61,669 bases of DNA from Octopus bimaculoides (GCF_001194135.2 NC_068982.1:990618-1052286), one strand, 5' to 3'; shown: positions 25,283-39,927, counted from the stretch's first letter. Notes: generated from the sequence alone by a model not told the origin. Translations and numbers: made by a program.

Positions 25283-27141
25283 ACCTGATGTTGCACCTAC
25301 AACTTATTCCCTCTCCTACTCTTGATAATTGATATTCTCTTGTGCAACTACTGCAGCCACCGCAACTTTCTGACAGATTCTGCTGCATGTGGCTATATTT
25401 CATTGATTAGGCTTGTTGACTCATGAGTTTCGTAAATATTTGAAATTAAAGTTCAGCTGGTTTGCTGTTGCTGCACTATATCTATATAACCAAATACAAA
25501 GTGTGTTCGTCAAATTCAATTAACTTCATTATCCTAAATATGACAGTAGTTATCGCAGTGAAAGATACGAGATTAGTTTACAAAGATAAAGTTCTCACAA
25601 AGAGAGATTAGATGTTTCTTATACATAAAATTGCAATGAAAGCAAATTATATGACATTTTATGCACGACATAGCACATGAATCTAATGTCGTATCATGGA
25701 ATCATAGTAGCATAAAGATTTCAGATCAATATTGGAGGAGAGACATTCGTCTGAATATACGAAATTAGATAATACAAAAGTATTAACGTATCTGCTAATT
25801 TCAAGGAAGCCATCGAAATGGACAGACTCATTATTACAGTAATAGAACATATATCACATCTAACTATTGTTTGGTTATCATTTGAGTAGTACATATGAGC
25901 TGCTATGCTGATAAGGGTTTTGATGAAAGGATATCGAACTCAGAGATTAATGATAAAGCTTCTTCTGCTTGTCTGATAACAGCCTCACTGCATGAATATG
26001 ATATGTAAGAAACGAACGCGAAATGTTTTGTAGTGTAAAGTAGATGCATTGCGTCATTTATGTAGGATAAAGAAAATTGCAATTGTATGTATGAATCTAA
26101 ATTTCTTTAACAATATGCAAACTGAATATCAGCCGAGGCGGGTAATTTTAGATTTAGACGTTTATTATTATGATTCACATTCATATATACATACCTACAT
26201 AATTCTCTTATGTCTTATACAAACACGCACTGTCACACACGTGTACGCTCTTATGCATACGTACATATATATAAATATGTATATACATTCATGCATAGTT
26301 AGATAGGATATGAGTAAAAGCCCTGTACTATGTTGTGCAAAGCTCATCCACAGTTATCGGCTACCTAATGTCATCATACAATGAGACAGTAATTACATAG
26401 ATTCTGTATAAATAGATGAATAAGAGAAAATGGATTGAACGACATTCTTCATTTAAAATTCAATAAGTTTCCACAACTCGTCACACTCTTAGTAAATTAG
26501 AGAGATAATATAAGCAACATATTGCGTAATCACTACCATCCCTCAAAAGCGTAAAATGTCTTCTTTCAGATGATTATTTCAATTAGGTCCTTCGTTAGAT
26601 CCCACTGTCTGCATTCACTCTGTATGGGAATGACTACCCAAGGCAGTGTACTAATTTCAACATCTCGCGATCTGTGAAGCGGAACAGCAACAGACGCAAG
26701 GGGCGGGTAACTCACGAGTCTTTATTTCCCTTAATTTATTTCTGATGTTCCCCTTTTGTTTTGTCATTTGTATCGCTTCGTATTTCCTTTTTCTTCATTG
26801 TCAGAGGAATACTAAAGACACTATTTCGGTACGAGTATATAAAATGTACAGAAACTAAAGATAATATAGCAGTGTTTTGATTTTGAGTAACCTATGGTGC
26901 GCATATACACAGCGATTGTTGAATCATATTAATACAATATTGTATATAATATATGCAGCATCCAGCAATTAACAGCTGGTAATGATGTGTTGAAACAATT
27001 GTAGTAATATGTAATAAAGCCTGCTCAGTCCAACTTTGCATTTTAACTTTTTATACGCTACGGGTATTTGTGGTCATCAGCTTTGCACGGGCGACGTGCA
27101 TACCAACCTCCCTTCTCCAGGCCAATGATGTTATCAAAGAG

Positions 27142-27194
<53 letters not shown>

Positions 27195-27812
27195 TATATA
27201 ATGGTTTCGAGTTCGGTGCCATGGTACGAAAACCTTCAAAGTAGTGCACCAGCATGGCCGCTGCCCAATGGCAGAACAAAAGAGTTAGTACCTTTGTTAC
27301 TGTTAGTTTTATTCAAATTACTCTAGATCGATTCCAAACTTATTCACACGAACGTATAATTATTGTAGTGACAGCAGTCTTTTTCTAAAAGCTGCCTTGA
27401 AAAGAATGGTTGTCAGAACAATTGAAGAAACAGACAAAAATGGATGGATGAAATGTGTGGCAAATTTATGAGGAACATGGAGAGTGAAGTATATAGAGAA
27501 GCATTTTTGGAATAGATGTGAAGATTAGACATAAAGGTTGAAACTGACGCTTTAATATGTATAGCATGAGAATAATCCTGAAGGATTATGTGAAATATAA
27601 CGTCGACAAAAGAGTGGTTACCATTATATGAAATGGAAAAAATAGGAGACAGTTAACCACATCGTCAGTGCAGTACTTAAGCAAGGAAAAAAAGAAAAAG
27701 AAAAAAAAAGGAATAAAAGGGGATGTGATAACATTCCTAGAATTATGCTTTCGATGTTGCGCGGAAAACAAAGTGAACGAAACAAGGAAGTGGAATAGGC
27801 ACTGGTCAGGCG

Positions 27813-27841
27813 TAGGGTTAGGGTTAGGGTTAGGGTTAGGG
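27813..27841 (+). repeat. Short interstitial (TTAGGG)n tract
   Basis: TAGGG(TTAGGG)4, with TCAGG variants on both flanks. Confidence 0.85.
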
Positions 27842-28452
27842 TCAGGATGAAATGAAGTAAAAATACTTCGGTATTTCAATATCCCCCCCCCCAAATTCAT
27901 GAGAGAAAACCATGTTCTTTTATTGTCGTTAGATATTTTATGCCTCATCACACTTTGATAAAAGTGTGCTTGAAAAAAAAAGGGGGGGGGGAGATAAAAC
28001 AGAATCAAACTTTAAGAGAGAAATGACAGTAATGAACGACTTGGAGACAGCAATGGCTAAAGTAAAAACACCGATCGTGAAACTTGTTATTCAGAAAGGC
28101 ACAATTATTCTTCGGTAGATGGCCATGCTAGAAACAGCTCGGATTCAGAAGATGGTTCTTGAGATACAGAAAAACAAAAAAAAAAAAAAAAAAAAAAAAA
28201 GAAAAACAAGAGAAGAAAATAGTTATGTACTTTTAGTCTTTTTTTATAGTTTGGTCACTCGTCATAATCAATCGCTAGAAGATCGAACTGTTCACATAAC
28301 GATAATAATAATACATAGTCATATGCCCGTAATTTAGTGTTAGGAGAACAGTTGATTATATCGATTGACAACGTCATCTAACCGGTTACAGTATCAACGC
28401 AGTGTAATAGCATAACAACAACAACAACAATAAAAATAATCCTTAGTCCTAC

Positions 28453-28623
28453 GGGCAATGCAGTCATTCGATTACATTGACCTCAGCGCTCAACTGGTTC
28501 TTAGTTCATCGACTCCAAAAGTATGAAATCAAAGATGACCTCAGCAGAATATGAACTCAGAACGGAAGAAATGCTGCGAAAGCATTCTGTCCGGCGTGCT
28601 AATGATTCTGCCGGCTTATTGCC
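28453..28623 (-). mobile_element. SINE family A
   Basis: GACCTCAGCAGAATATGAACTCAGAAC...CCGGCGTGCTAATGATTCTGCCGGC. Confidence 0.8.
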
Positions 28624-28891
28624 TTTAAAAACAATCACGACAATGCTAGCAAAATTAATAATAAACTATCACATTAATAAAGCGGGCGTTATCCTACCAT
28701 GTTTATCAGTGTTCTCGAGTTAAATCCACACTAGCGCTACAGGGTGACGAAATAGCACGAAACAAAGTGAAACGAAATGTACATATACACACACGCACAC
28801 GCACGCACGAACACACACACGCGCACACATATACAAATACACACACACAAAAATACACACACGCAAACACAAATACATACACACACACTCG

Positions 28892-28934
<43 letters not shown>

Positions 28935-29558
28935 TACACATACGTATGCATCTGTTTGTGTATAGGTGTCTTTGATTCTCTTCGTCTGAAGACAATAACC
29001 TTCAGTGGCTGCCTGAATGATTAAAGAAAGAGCTCATTAACATCGTACAATTATGTCAGGATTGCTTCTGTTTGCTAAGCAATTTTTACATGATAATGTT
29101 GAGATATGAATCCTGTAATAGCGTTGAAATTTGCCTCCAGACGGGAGAGTATGCCTTTAAAATATTTTAGTTTATGATGGGCGAAATGTTTACTTGTGTA
29201 TTTGTGTAGTGCCGTTGTTCAGCCAGTGTAGCGATGCGCATGTAAGGAGGCGGTTTGTAATCGGAAAGATATTTTCAGGTGATATTTATTCTTATGTCTG
29301 CATTCTGAGATTGTCTCGTTGCTGTCCAATATGTTTATAGACTGCAGCAGAATATTTTATTTCTTTTTACGGCTGATGAGAATAATCTATGAACTTTCTT
29401 ACCTCTCCACCTCTTGCGCATCGCTGAGAGAAGCAAGTCGAATAAAACATCGTAGTTATGGTTGTGGTGGTGATAATAGTGAATAGAGAAAGATACATGG
29501 AGAGAGAGAGGTAGAGGGTGAGGGGAAGGAAAGAGAGAGAGGTAGAAGGTGAGGGGGA

Positions 29559-29600
<42 letters not shown>

Positions 29601-29655
29601 CTTCAAAGCAAACGCAGAGGAGGAGATGGAAAAATTTCAAGTTCTAGCAGAATTT

Positions 29656-29665
29656 GTGACGTCAC
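29656..29665. promoter_or_regulatory. ATF/CREB-type palindrome GTGACGTCAC next to GA-repeat tracts
   Basis: Perfect 10-bp palindrome containing TGACGTCA, 60 bp from a (GA)n run; motif only, no transcript evidence. Confidence 0.25.
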
Positions 29666-30552
29666 TGCATGTTTAATTATGCTATTTTCTTTTTATTTTT
29701 TTTCAGGAAAATAAAAAGAAAATTTAAGAATGAAAGTGCATTTGAAATTAAAACATCATGCTTGTTACATGTTAGCGACTTAATGCATAAGAAAATCAAA
29801 GAATGAAATGTAGAGACGCCAGTGTGAGCAACACGGCAAAAGAAAGAAGAGTCTGATCTAACAGACGTAAGATGTACAATATTGAAGACGCGCCGAATGT
29901 GTCCGATACATTTTCATTATATTAGGATTTGTGAATGAGTTACGAGTCTTCTGTACAATTAATAATCTTTATGTACGCAATGAACTTCGTTTCCTTAAAG
30001 GTCTTTGCGAAATTGCTAAGTTTAAATAACTTGATATTTCTTACCTATTTTTTATTCGTAGTTATTTTTATGTTACATTCGATAATATATGTGTTGAATT
30101 GTTGGTAAAATATACTTTATTTATACATAAAAAAGAAACCATTCGACACACACAGAAAAGAATAAAGATAGTGGCTTACTGTGGTGACAAGGTGGGCGAT
30201 ACAAATTTGCAACTGCATGGAATTTATAATTTAGTATTTCAGTTAGCGTTTGAGGAATGTCATTATTTAAATTGTCTTTTAGTATCGTAGAGAAATAAAA
30301 ACAAAAGAGCGTTCATTGATCATTTATATTCCTTTGTTTCACAAAACAATTAAATTCTCTTGGCGCCATTCTCTGTTTTCAATTCTTTAAATATATATCG
30401 TCTAATTGGTTTGTTGACGAAACTGAAAAAAATATATTCCCTATTCTTGTTTTAACTCATTCAGTACAGCCTTAGACCTTCTCTGATCGATAATTCATCG
30501 TTAGTGCTTATTCTAGGTTATTTGCTATAGAGACAAATACTTCTCCTTGTAT

Positions 30553-30962
30553 AGTATCATCATCATCGTTTAACGTCCGCTTTCCATGCTAGCATGGGTT
30601 GGACGATTTGACTGAGGACTGGTGAAACCGGATGGCAACACCAGGCTCCAGTCTGATTTGGCAGAGTTTCTACAGCTGGATGCCCTTCCTAACGCCAACC
30701 ACTCAGAGAGTGTAGTGGGTGCTTTTACGTGTCACCCGCACGAAAACGGCCACGCTCGAAATGGTGTCTTTTATGTGCCACCCGCACAAGCCAGTCCAGG
30801 GGCACTGGCAACGATCTCGCTCGAAAATCCTACAGGAGCCAGTCAGGCGGTACTGGCAACGGCCACGCTCAAAATGGTGCATCTCATGTGCCACCCGCAC
30901 AAGAACCAGTCCAGGGGCACTGGCAACGATCTTACTTGGCTTGCCGGGTCTTCTCACGCACA
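30553..30962 (-). mobile_element. SINE-like retroelement with an internal ~70-bp duplication and a (GAT)n tail
   Basis: GC-rich block containing GCTGGATGCCCTTCCTAACGCCAACC. The unit GGCCACGCTC...GGGGCACTGGCAACGATCT occurs at about 30749-30818 and 30861-30932. A (CAT)n run at 30557 is the putative 3' tail. Confidence 0.7.
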
Positions 30963-31004
30963 GCCCATTTCCACAAATGAATTTATTGCTTCTTGTCAGA
31001 ATTG

Positions 31005-31100
31005 GTAGCGGTGAGCTTCGATGCTGAATCTCTCAGAGAACTACGTTAAGGGTACACGTGTCTGTGGAATGCTCAGCCACTTGCACGTTAATTTCGCGAA
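31005..31100 (+). mobile_element. SINE family C, 3' fragment
   Basis: CTGAATCTCTCAGAGAACTACGTTAAGGGTACACGTGTCTGTG matches the reverse complement of 51130-51190. Confidence 0.7.
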
Positions 31101-31816
31101 ATTAAAACAGTGAACCGAACCCAATTGTTAAAACATCTTTCAGTGACGACCAATAACTACAAACAAAAGCACATGAGTACGTTTTAAGGATGAAGTTAAT
31201 ATATTCGATCTCGGCATAATTTACATAAGGTGTAAAAGAAAATAGAACAAATAACGAGGTCGACTCTAAGTATATTTGGGTTAGAGGGGAAAATACTAGA
31301 CGAAAACTGCAATGAAATCACGCTTTTAACAGGTAAGTGGCTGTAAGAGTATCTGTAGAGAACTGAACGAGATAAGCTGTCTAAAAGATTTATGTAGGAT
31401 CAAATCAAAGGAGGGAGATATAGTTTCATCGCAACAGGCGAAGAACTGTTGGTGTTCAACATGCATGGTAATAGCATATCAATGAGTGTTAATGCTAATG
31501 ATGGTCGTGATGATCATGGTGATGTTGGATCATGAAGATGTTGGATGCCATCAAAACATTTTTTTACTTCCTTTTAAGATCGCCCGCCCCAACACCACCG
31601 TTATCGTCATCATCATCATCACCATCAACTATCATCATCATCAATTATCAATCATCATCGTCATTAATTAGCGATCATCATCATCATCATCGTCGTCGTC
31701 TTTCTCCTCCACACCCTTAACATCATCGTTTCAGGAGTGATGGTTATAACTGTAACAGTACAACTGATATAGATTAGGAGGATGAAGATGAGGGTAAGGA
31801 GGAGGATGAAAATACG

Positions 31817-32097
<281 letters not shown>

Positions 32098-33059
32098 TTA
32101 ACAAATCATTCCTAATTCTTTAATATGTAGAGGGACCTAGGTTTGTGTTTGAGTAAAAAAATTTACTGAATTCAAGCAAAATAAACCATCTGGGATAGTT
32201 TCTTTGAATCATTTTTATGAACAGAACAAACGACAGATTTGATTGGATGCTATGAAAATAAACACTTAAGTCTATTGGCTGAGTCCCTCTACTACTACAA
32301 ATGTTCCTCTATTCAGAATAGCTAAAGATTACATAAAAATTCAAACGTTTCATTACATGTGCACGAAAAAATCCCACCACCCTCACCATTCTCCGGGTCA
32401 ACGCCTTTTCCATTTCGTATGAGAATTCATGGACAAAGTTAATAAGTTCAGTCGCTGTGAGATGCGAAGAATTTCACATAGAGAGACTCTTCCCTTTTAG
32501 TGAGAAGGAGAGGAAAAGTTAGTTATTAGCACATCTGTGAGATAAGAGATGTAATGCAAGATACAGAAAGAGATAATGTTCAAGCGATAAGAAAATGGAA
32601 AGGTGCGCAAACGATGGAAGATAAGAAGTCCATTCAGGTTTATAAACCTATGCAAACTGCATTGATAGAATTTGGAATTTTTAGAATGTCTTTTGTGGTA
32701 AGTGAGGGGAAATGCTAAGGAAGATAGTCTAAGTGAGGTACGAGACGAAGGAGAGGTGGGCAAGAGATAGAGAAGGAAGATAATAGAAAATCCAATGTGT
32801 TGAGTAGTTTAAGCGCCGCACCCGATGTTTTTATACACACACACACACACACATATGCACGCGCATGCACACACAAGCCTACGTGTGTGTGTATGTGTGT
32901 GTGTGTGTCTGAGGGGGACGAAGCAAAGTTTAGAGTTGTGGAAAAAGTTTAGTAGTAGTGAATATACATAAATACCTTCGTTTAGAAGCACTTACGCACA
33001 CACACCTGAAGATATGCTTGCAATATATATCGGGTGCAGATTGCTGGATGTGGCATCCT

Positions 33060-33960
33060 CCTGGGGTTAAAAACGGTGGTAACGTCGGTTCCTACGAAGC
33101 AGCCATGATCAAGTAACAATAAACATTACCTGCCAGTATGGTTGCTACTTTCATCTCTTATAGAGATGTACGCAAACGCAAATACGTAGAATTAACGTCT
33201 TCCTACGGCCAAGCGACATTCACGCAGCACAAGGCTAGGATAATCCTAAAAACAGAAGAGAAGGGAATACTGAGCTTAGGAGGGCGGTGGAGCAGAAATA
33301 CAGATCCAAGTAGACTGGAGCAAACAGCCATACAATGCCGGGTGAGACGCTCAAGTTGAAGACTGAGTGTTTACTAATGTCTTTTGAGCTATGTTGTTGG
33401 GGAGCACTGAGATAGGAGGTTTGTCAACGGAATATCCAGAGATGTCAGAGATGACCATTCCACTATATCTTGGGACATTGTCGGCAGAGGCACTCAACGC
33501 TCAAGTGAGCTTCCTAATTGGAGGTTTTGCCTGAGAAACTGAACACCACTAAGAAATGCTTGGTGTTCTTAAAACGACGCAGTTCATCGTATGTAGGATG
33601 TGCCCAGCCTCACTGAGCTAAACTCAAAGAGTACATCTAGTTAAGCTGTTATCAATCTTGAAGAGGCAACCTTGTTTTACATTAGAGTACAGTTCTCCAT
33701 AAAGATTAGATATAACCGACGTTCATTGTTAGTTAAGTGTCTTGTATGTCTTCGCAACACGTGTGAAACGATACAAACGCACATCATTTGACTTGCTGCT
33801 CACCGTTAGCTCTGCCCTTTTCTACATCCCATTGCATTTACCAATTTCAAACTGCTAACGACATAACTTCCAATCAGATTCCTGAGTTTCCTTGTGTACC
33901 TGACGTGCTATCAAAAACTCTCGCTTTACCTTCACCTAACACGAAGTGAATACCGTAAGT
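33060..33960 (-). mobile_element. Possible highly decayed CR1/L2-type LINE segment
   Basis: GC-richer block; minus-strand AASQ...HVLRRHTRHLTNNERRLYLIF loosely resembles the post-RT region of CR1/L2 LINEs. No diagnostic motif. Confidence 0.25.
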
Positions 33961-34272
33961 GGAAACTAGGATCATTAGAAACATTTCACCGGCTTACAGT
34001 GCTGAGCCTGTCTCTTTCCAGAGAAGCTCACTCTGGTAATAAAGTATCCGAGAGAAGATAAATCCTGGATGCAGAAGCGTCAGCGCCAGAAAAATGGCAA
34101 TAACCTCCGTCCGTATTATTTGCTGTTATTCGTAAAACGAGGAAATACTAAACCCGTCACCTTTTCATTAATCTAACCTGTGCCGTGGAAATAATAATAA
34201 GAGTAACAATGAGAAGAAATCATTCATTGCTTAGACTTTAGTATTCATTGCTTAATAATAACAATAATAAAA

Positions 34273-34310
<38 letters not shown>

Positions 34311-34335
34311 GTGATTGAAGGAGAAAAACAAGATA

Positions 34336-34362
34336 TGCTGGTGATTATGATGATGATGATGA

Positions 34363-34400
<38 letters not shown>
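34336..34400 (+). repeat. Compound microsatellite (GAT)n(GAC)n
   Basis: Directly visible. Confidence 0.9.
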
Positions 34401-34402
<2 letters not shown>

Positions 34403-34977
34403 GATGGTGGTAGAGATGATGGTGATGCTGGCGGCGAAATTAAATATCCCGTGCCCTGAAGAGGAGTAATAAAAGATATGAACAAAGGCAAACTTCGAAT
34501 AAAGGTATATAGAACATAAAGATCAAAGCAACGATTGGCAATAGAGAACTGCACCTGAAGATAAAACGCATCCAAATAAAATAGAGCAGTAATAGGGAAA
34601 ATAAATGAGTGATTTGAAGCGTTCACAAGCAGGAGCAATATCTAGAGAAGATTTACGCTATGTGTCACTTAACCTAACTTTGCGCTCGTCTGCTTTTTGC
34701 ATTAGAATTTATAGCAAGTGTTCTGCTTGGAAAGAAAACATATTACTTTCGCTGCTACTTTCCTTTGCAAAGTATGTGAGTCGGCTTAATGATGAAACAC
34801 GAAAAAAATGCCTACTGGTTTCAGCGTCAAACATGTTCTTTCGCTATTATTAATTTTTTGGGAACTGAAAACACAAAGAGAAAAAAACAAACAAACAAAC
34901 AAAAAGGAAACAGAAATAACAAAAAGAAAACAGCCTTGTACATCTGAATACACGTAAACATATGTATGTATGCATGC

Positions 34978-35017
<40 letters not shown>

Positions 35018-35354
35018 NNNNNNNNNNNNNNNNNNNNNNNNNNNNNNNNNNNNNNNNNNNNNNNNNNNNNNNNNNNNNNNNNNNNNNNNNNNNNNNNNNN
35101 NNNNNNNNNNNNNNNNNNNNNNNNNNNNNNNNNNNNNNNNNNNNNNNNNNNNNNNNNNNNNNNNNNNNNNNNNNNNNNNNNNNNNNNNNNNNNNNNNNNN
35201 NNNNNNNNNNNNNNNNNNNNNNNNNNNNNNNNNNNNNNNNNNNNNNNNNNNNNNNNNNNNNNNNNNNNNNNNNNNNNNNNNNNNNNNNNNNNNNNNNNNN
35301 NNNNNNNNNNNNNNNNNNNNNNNNNNNNNNNTTATCCTTTACCTTCGACCTGCT

Positions 35355-35577
35355 TCACTCATTCGACTGCGGCCATTCTGGGGCGCCACCTTCAGGAATT
35401 CATCGTCGAATGATATCGGCCCAAGTACTTATTCTTTGGTTATTCTACAGGTTCTTATTCAATCGCTCTTTTTTGAGACGTAAACACACCAACATCGGTT
35501 GTCAAGTGGTAGCGGGTGACAAACAGGCACAAAGACACACACACACACGCACAGAAACACGCATGCATGCATATATG

Positions 35578-35615
<38 letters not shown>

Positions 35616-35740
35616 CATACTCGGAAGGCTTTTGTCAGCCCGGGGCTATGGTAGAAGACACTTGGCGAAGGTGCCACGCAGTGGAACTGAACCTGGAACC
35701 ATGTGGTTAGGGAGCAAAGTTTTATCACACAGTCACGCTT
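35355..35740 (-). mobile_element. SINE family B (both halves, central CA/TA microsatellite)
   Basis: Tail GACTGCGGCCATTCTGGGGC and head AGAAGACACTTGGCGAAGGTGCCACGCAGTGGAACTGAACCTGGAACCATGTGG. Confidence 0.85.
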
Positions 35741-37651
35741 GCGATGTACGTATTTATGTATTCTTCTACGCATACATACATACACATATATACGTGGTGT
35801 ATACGTGCATGTATGTGCATATGAGTATGTGTGTATGTGTGTATTTATCAGTGTATGGATGTGTGTGTGTGCATTCGTGTGTGTGTGTAGGTAAATGTTT
35901 GGGAAATATGCTTTATTTCAATAAATCATTAATGTATTGAAAATTTCCTCTCGGACAACGATGTAGAACTTAACAACTCTGGAAGAGAATGAGAGGTAAT
36001 TGCCATGAATGAAGAATAATTTTGTGGTTGAATTGTATGATTGTTAGGAAAGGACAACTTCCTTCTCGCCTCTGAACACATGTACACAAATGAAGTCACA
36101 CAAAAAGAGTTTACAACATTCTTGGCCAAAGTTGATTAAAAGTAAAGTGATAGAGTGATTGGACAGTTACGTATAGAAACACACGGAGGGGGCATGCATA
36201 GACGTACACATACACATGGCTTGTGAGCGCGTGTATGCTGAGTGCTTCCAATGTAATTTCTTCTGGTTTCCCCCCTTTGGTGGAAATTTGACTTATTCTT
36301 TCGTTAAGTATCTGTGCTCCGGGCGCCGGTGGATTGCTACCCTCGCATTCGGCAGATCATGGCATCACTCTTGAGACGAAGCTGCTTTTATTGACGGGTT
36401 TTATTTCGCTTCTCATTTTCAGTCTACAGACAGACTTAATTCAATACAGTTCTTGTGAGAGAGTTGGCAATGCCTAGGGCTCGAGAAAAATTATTGATAA
36501 ATATCCTATGGCGTTACTTGGATTTTAGACTGAAAAGTGTCTTTAATCCTGATTATCTTCCGCATAAATTTGCTGCTGCTGCTTCATCTTTCGGTATGGG
36601 TTATCCTCAAACTTGTGTTGTTTTCACGGGGCTAATATTATAATGTAATACGGAATCGGTGCAATATTCAATATTCCCCACTACGTCGTCTTCTCTATGG
36701 CTTACGTCCAACACATTACATATGCTTCTGGAGAGGTTATCTTTAATTTTCGAAACACACTCGTGAACTCCCTTTGAACCGGACAAGATAACGGATATCT
36801 CCGCTTATACACTTTAGTTTCAGCTGAAAGGCGCGAATCATCGATTGAATTAAATGCAGGCTCACTCGATTGAATAAAACATGTGTTTCTCTGATTACAA
36901 AGCATAAGTTTGCGTCCCAACATTAAAAAGTAACATTAAAAAAATTGTCCCTTCCTTCCTCACAGATGAAAGTGATAAACACACGTTTTTCTTGAAACGG
37001 ACTGAATTCTGAACTTATCCAGCTTTTGACATCCCTTACCACGATCCATATACGAGAATGAAGACACTCCAATAAGTCGACACTCCCTTCTGAAGGTGAC
37101 TTATTCATTTGATTGGTCAGGGTCTTGTTTTCCACAGCTCTACCGTCATATATACACATACTTATGCATATATCTATATAAACACACATATGCAGACACA
37201 GACAAACACACACCCACACCCACACCCACAAAGAGGCACACACACACACACACACACATAGATATAAGTAATCGTTTGAGTATTGGTTGTGTCCCTATCA
37301 GTTAACCGACGAAGCAAGTTCGCTGCCTAAGCCTACCTGACGTCATCCCGCAGTATTTACGCAATTGTCGCTGGATCGACCTCAGAAATTCCTCGGTGTT
37401 CGTCGAGCATATAACAAATGATAGAGACGGAAAATGGAATATACGAGAAACTCAATTGCACAAACGAGCGTTTCGACCCACTCTGTATCGATCCCTCGTG
37501 GGTGGGATACTGCACAACTGGTTGCGCGTGCGCGCACATTAATTGCATTGACAAACAAGTTATTTCACAATTTATTGTAACAAAATTGGATGCGTGGTGA
37601 TTTGAAAGTTTCAGGTCGGATGGTGGCTCGACCAAATTGTGGAGCACCCAT

Positions 37652-38415
37652 TGGTGAAAGTAAGACTACTGACCTGGTCTTTGCTAATGATGCAATTATT
37701 CCTGATGCATCTCTACATGTCTCTCAGTGAGGAAGCAGAACCACTTGGCTATAGAGTTTCTTGGGTCAAGGCAAAGATCCAGTCTTAGCTTCCTGGGGGA
37801 TTCCATCTTGTTTGTCTCTGTTAGGAGTGAGGGTGTCGAAATTGTTGGTCGTTCCACTTATCGCAACAAGTCCGAAGTCTTAAAAAAGGTTTGGATGTTC
37901 TGGTGCAGTTTTGGACTTAATGAACCAGTGTGTTTGACCTTACCGGTATCGGATCAGGGGGACAAAGGTTCGAGCCTTCAGGTGCCTGGTCGTTCCTTGT
38001 CTTCCTATATAACTTGCGAGATATGTCCGGGGCCCTTAGGGAGGGCCTGATCTCATTTGATTCAGAGGGTTACGGGTTACCATTGGTCAGATTTTGTACT
38101 CGAATCCAACGACTCAGAGACTGAGATACCTCATGCTACTTGTATGATATGGGAGCGTCAGCTCAGAATGTTTTGTTATGTTGCTCGATTTTTCCAGTTG
38201 GACCTTGTGTATCGTGTTCTGTCAGGATCCGACTGGGGTAACGCCTCGTGTTGATTGGTGACATGCCATATGGTCATGGTAGATGAGAAAGTGTCTCGCA
38301 GAGATAAGAGATGACTGGGACACGGCTTACAGGATTGCCGGAAATGATCCGAGTAACTATCGACAAATGATGGACGCAGCGATGCACTGCAACAGCCAAT
38401 ACCCACATATCTCAC
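37652..38415 (+). mobile_element. RTE-clade LINE, 3' part (RT C-terminus to end), pseudogene
   Basis: DLVFANDAII (FADD box), SLSEEAEPLGYRVSWVKAKIQ, TKVRAFRCLV, GYHWSDFV, WERQLRMFCYVARF, AYRIAGNDPSNYRQMMDAAMHC. Confidence 0.85.
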
Positions 38416-39896
38416 CCGATATAACATCACCTGAAGTATTTCATAGAAACCCAAAGCTATGTCTTGAAGTGTAAAATGCAAGTATCTTTTTAGAAATACT
38501 TTTAGATAATTAGCTAATTAAAGTTGGTTTTATTCACAATTTATATTTCAGTTTCTTGTTGCTGATTCTTATGGTACTGCTCCATAAACTTTGGATAATA
38601 AGAATGCCAATTTTATTGCTGCTGCTGCTGTTCGTTATAATACAAAAATGACATTTCTTGAATAAAAATTGGATAAATGCTGAAAGGTAGCAGCAGTTTT
38701 TATTGTAGCAGTAGTATTGTATTTTAATAAAAGGTAATGAAACATATTGCCGTAGAAATCTAGGTTCGAGTACTCTATAGAAACATAGTCTAACGTTATA
38801 CAATAGTTTGCATAATTTGATGTTTCAAGACAATGCTACTTTACGTTTCGAAGGTGTAACTGACACAATATTTTAATGTTTCAGTCATCATTGATTCAGC
38901 TGTTTCTTTCATATGAATCTAATACATTCCTTTAACATTGGGTTGAAGTATTGTTAGACTTCTGTTGCTGTCACAATTTTGAATAATTACGCCCGTATAT
39001 TCACCATGAAATGCAATGTAGTATTAATAATACACGTACTATCAACTAGCTATATATATATATATATATATATATATATNNNNNNNNNNNNNNNNNNNNN
39101 NNNNNNNNNNNNNNNNNNNNNNNATATATATACATCACACACACACACTACACGAATGTACTATATTTAGTATAATGCATCTCAGAATTGAGGCAACTGT
39201 ATGGTACATAATGATTTCTTGCGCCAAAGATAACTACTTTGTTTTAACTTCGATTTGTCTCTTCTAGCTTTGAACCGAACAATTGTATTTTATTCCCCGA
39301 TTCGTCAACTCTTTCTTGCTATGGGCTCAGCTTCGTACAGACTGATTTGGAAATGTTGCAGTAATTACTGCTATTGTTGCTGGTGAATGAAAATGTTGTT
39401 CTCGGATTGCGTGAAGAAGTAACTAACAGCCCTCGCGAACAATAGACTGAGAATTTTACTATTGTCCACAGTGTTTTCTGTGTCGGTCTTTTTGAAACAC
39501 TAACAGCAATAATTCCATATTGGGAGAGATATATAACTTGATGCTGATTGGTTGCTTAGTAGGTAGATCACATGAGACTACTGGTTTTGATATGATGTTT
39601 GCTCGGCTGCATAGTGGTTCGGTTTCGAATCCCCGTTACAGAAATGTTTCTTTGTCCATATATCAATACTTCATTCATTTGAAAATGTCGAGGACACTAC
39701 TGAACACGCGAGTAGTCGACTATTCTAGTAAATAAATGAAATTGACATAATATTCATTCTTAAATTATTAAGAATTGATTGAAGAATGATGTCTTTAATT
39801 CGCAACAGATATTGGTGATACTGAATGAGTCAATTATTTTGCATTAATTGTACATTAATGCAACTTCATATGAACACCGGTATACAATATGCATAC

Positions 39897-39927
<31 letters not shown>

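Noticed and set aside
30608-30640. CTGAGGA-CTGGT-GAAAC inside the SINE-like element
   Set aside because: Helix II is too short and there is no U16.1/NUH site.
32400-32800. Minus-strand PHLDY and SYRLNIISF similarity to the CR1/L2 3' region
   Set aside because: Too degenerate to support without a profile search.
36700-37255. Minus-strand ORFs of 73 and 110 aa and plus-strand acceptor-like sites
   Set aside because: No recognisable domain, microsatellite-derived starts, and early stops after the acceptors.
37303-37335. CCGACGA-AGC...GCT hairpin
   Set aside because: Not followed by GAAA; incomplete core.
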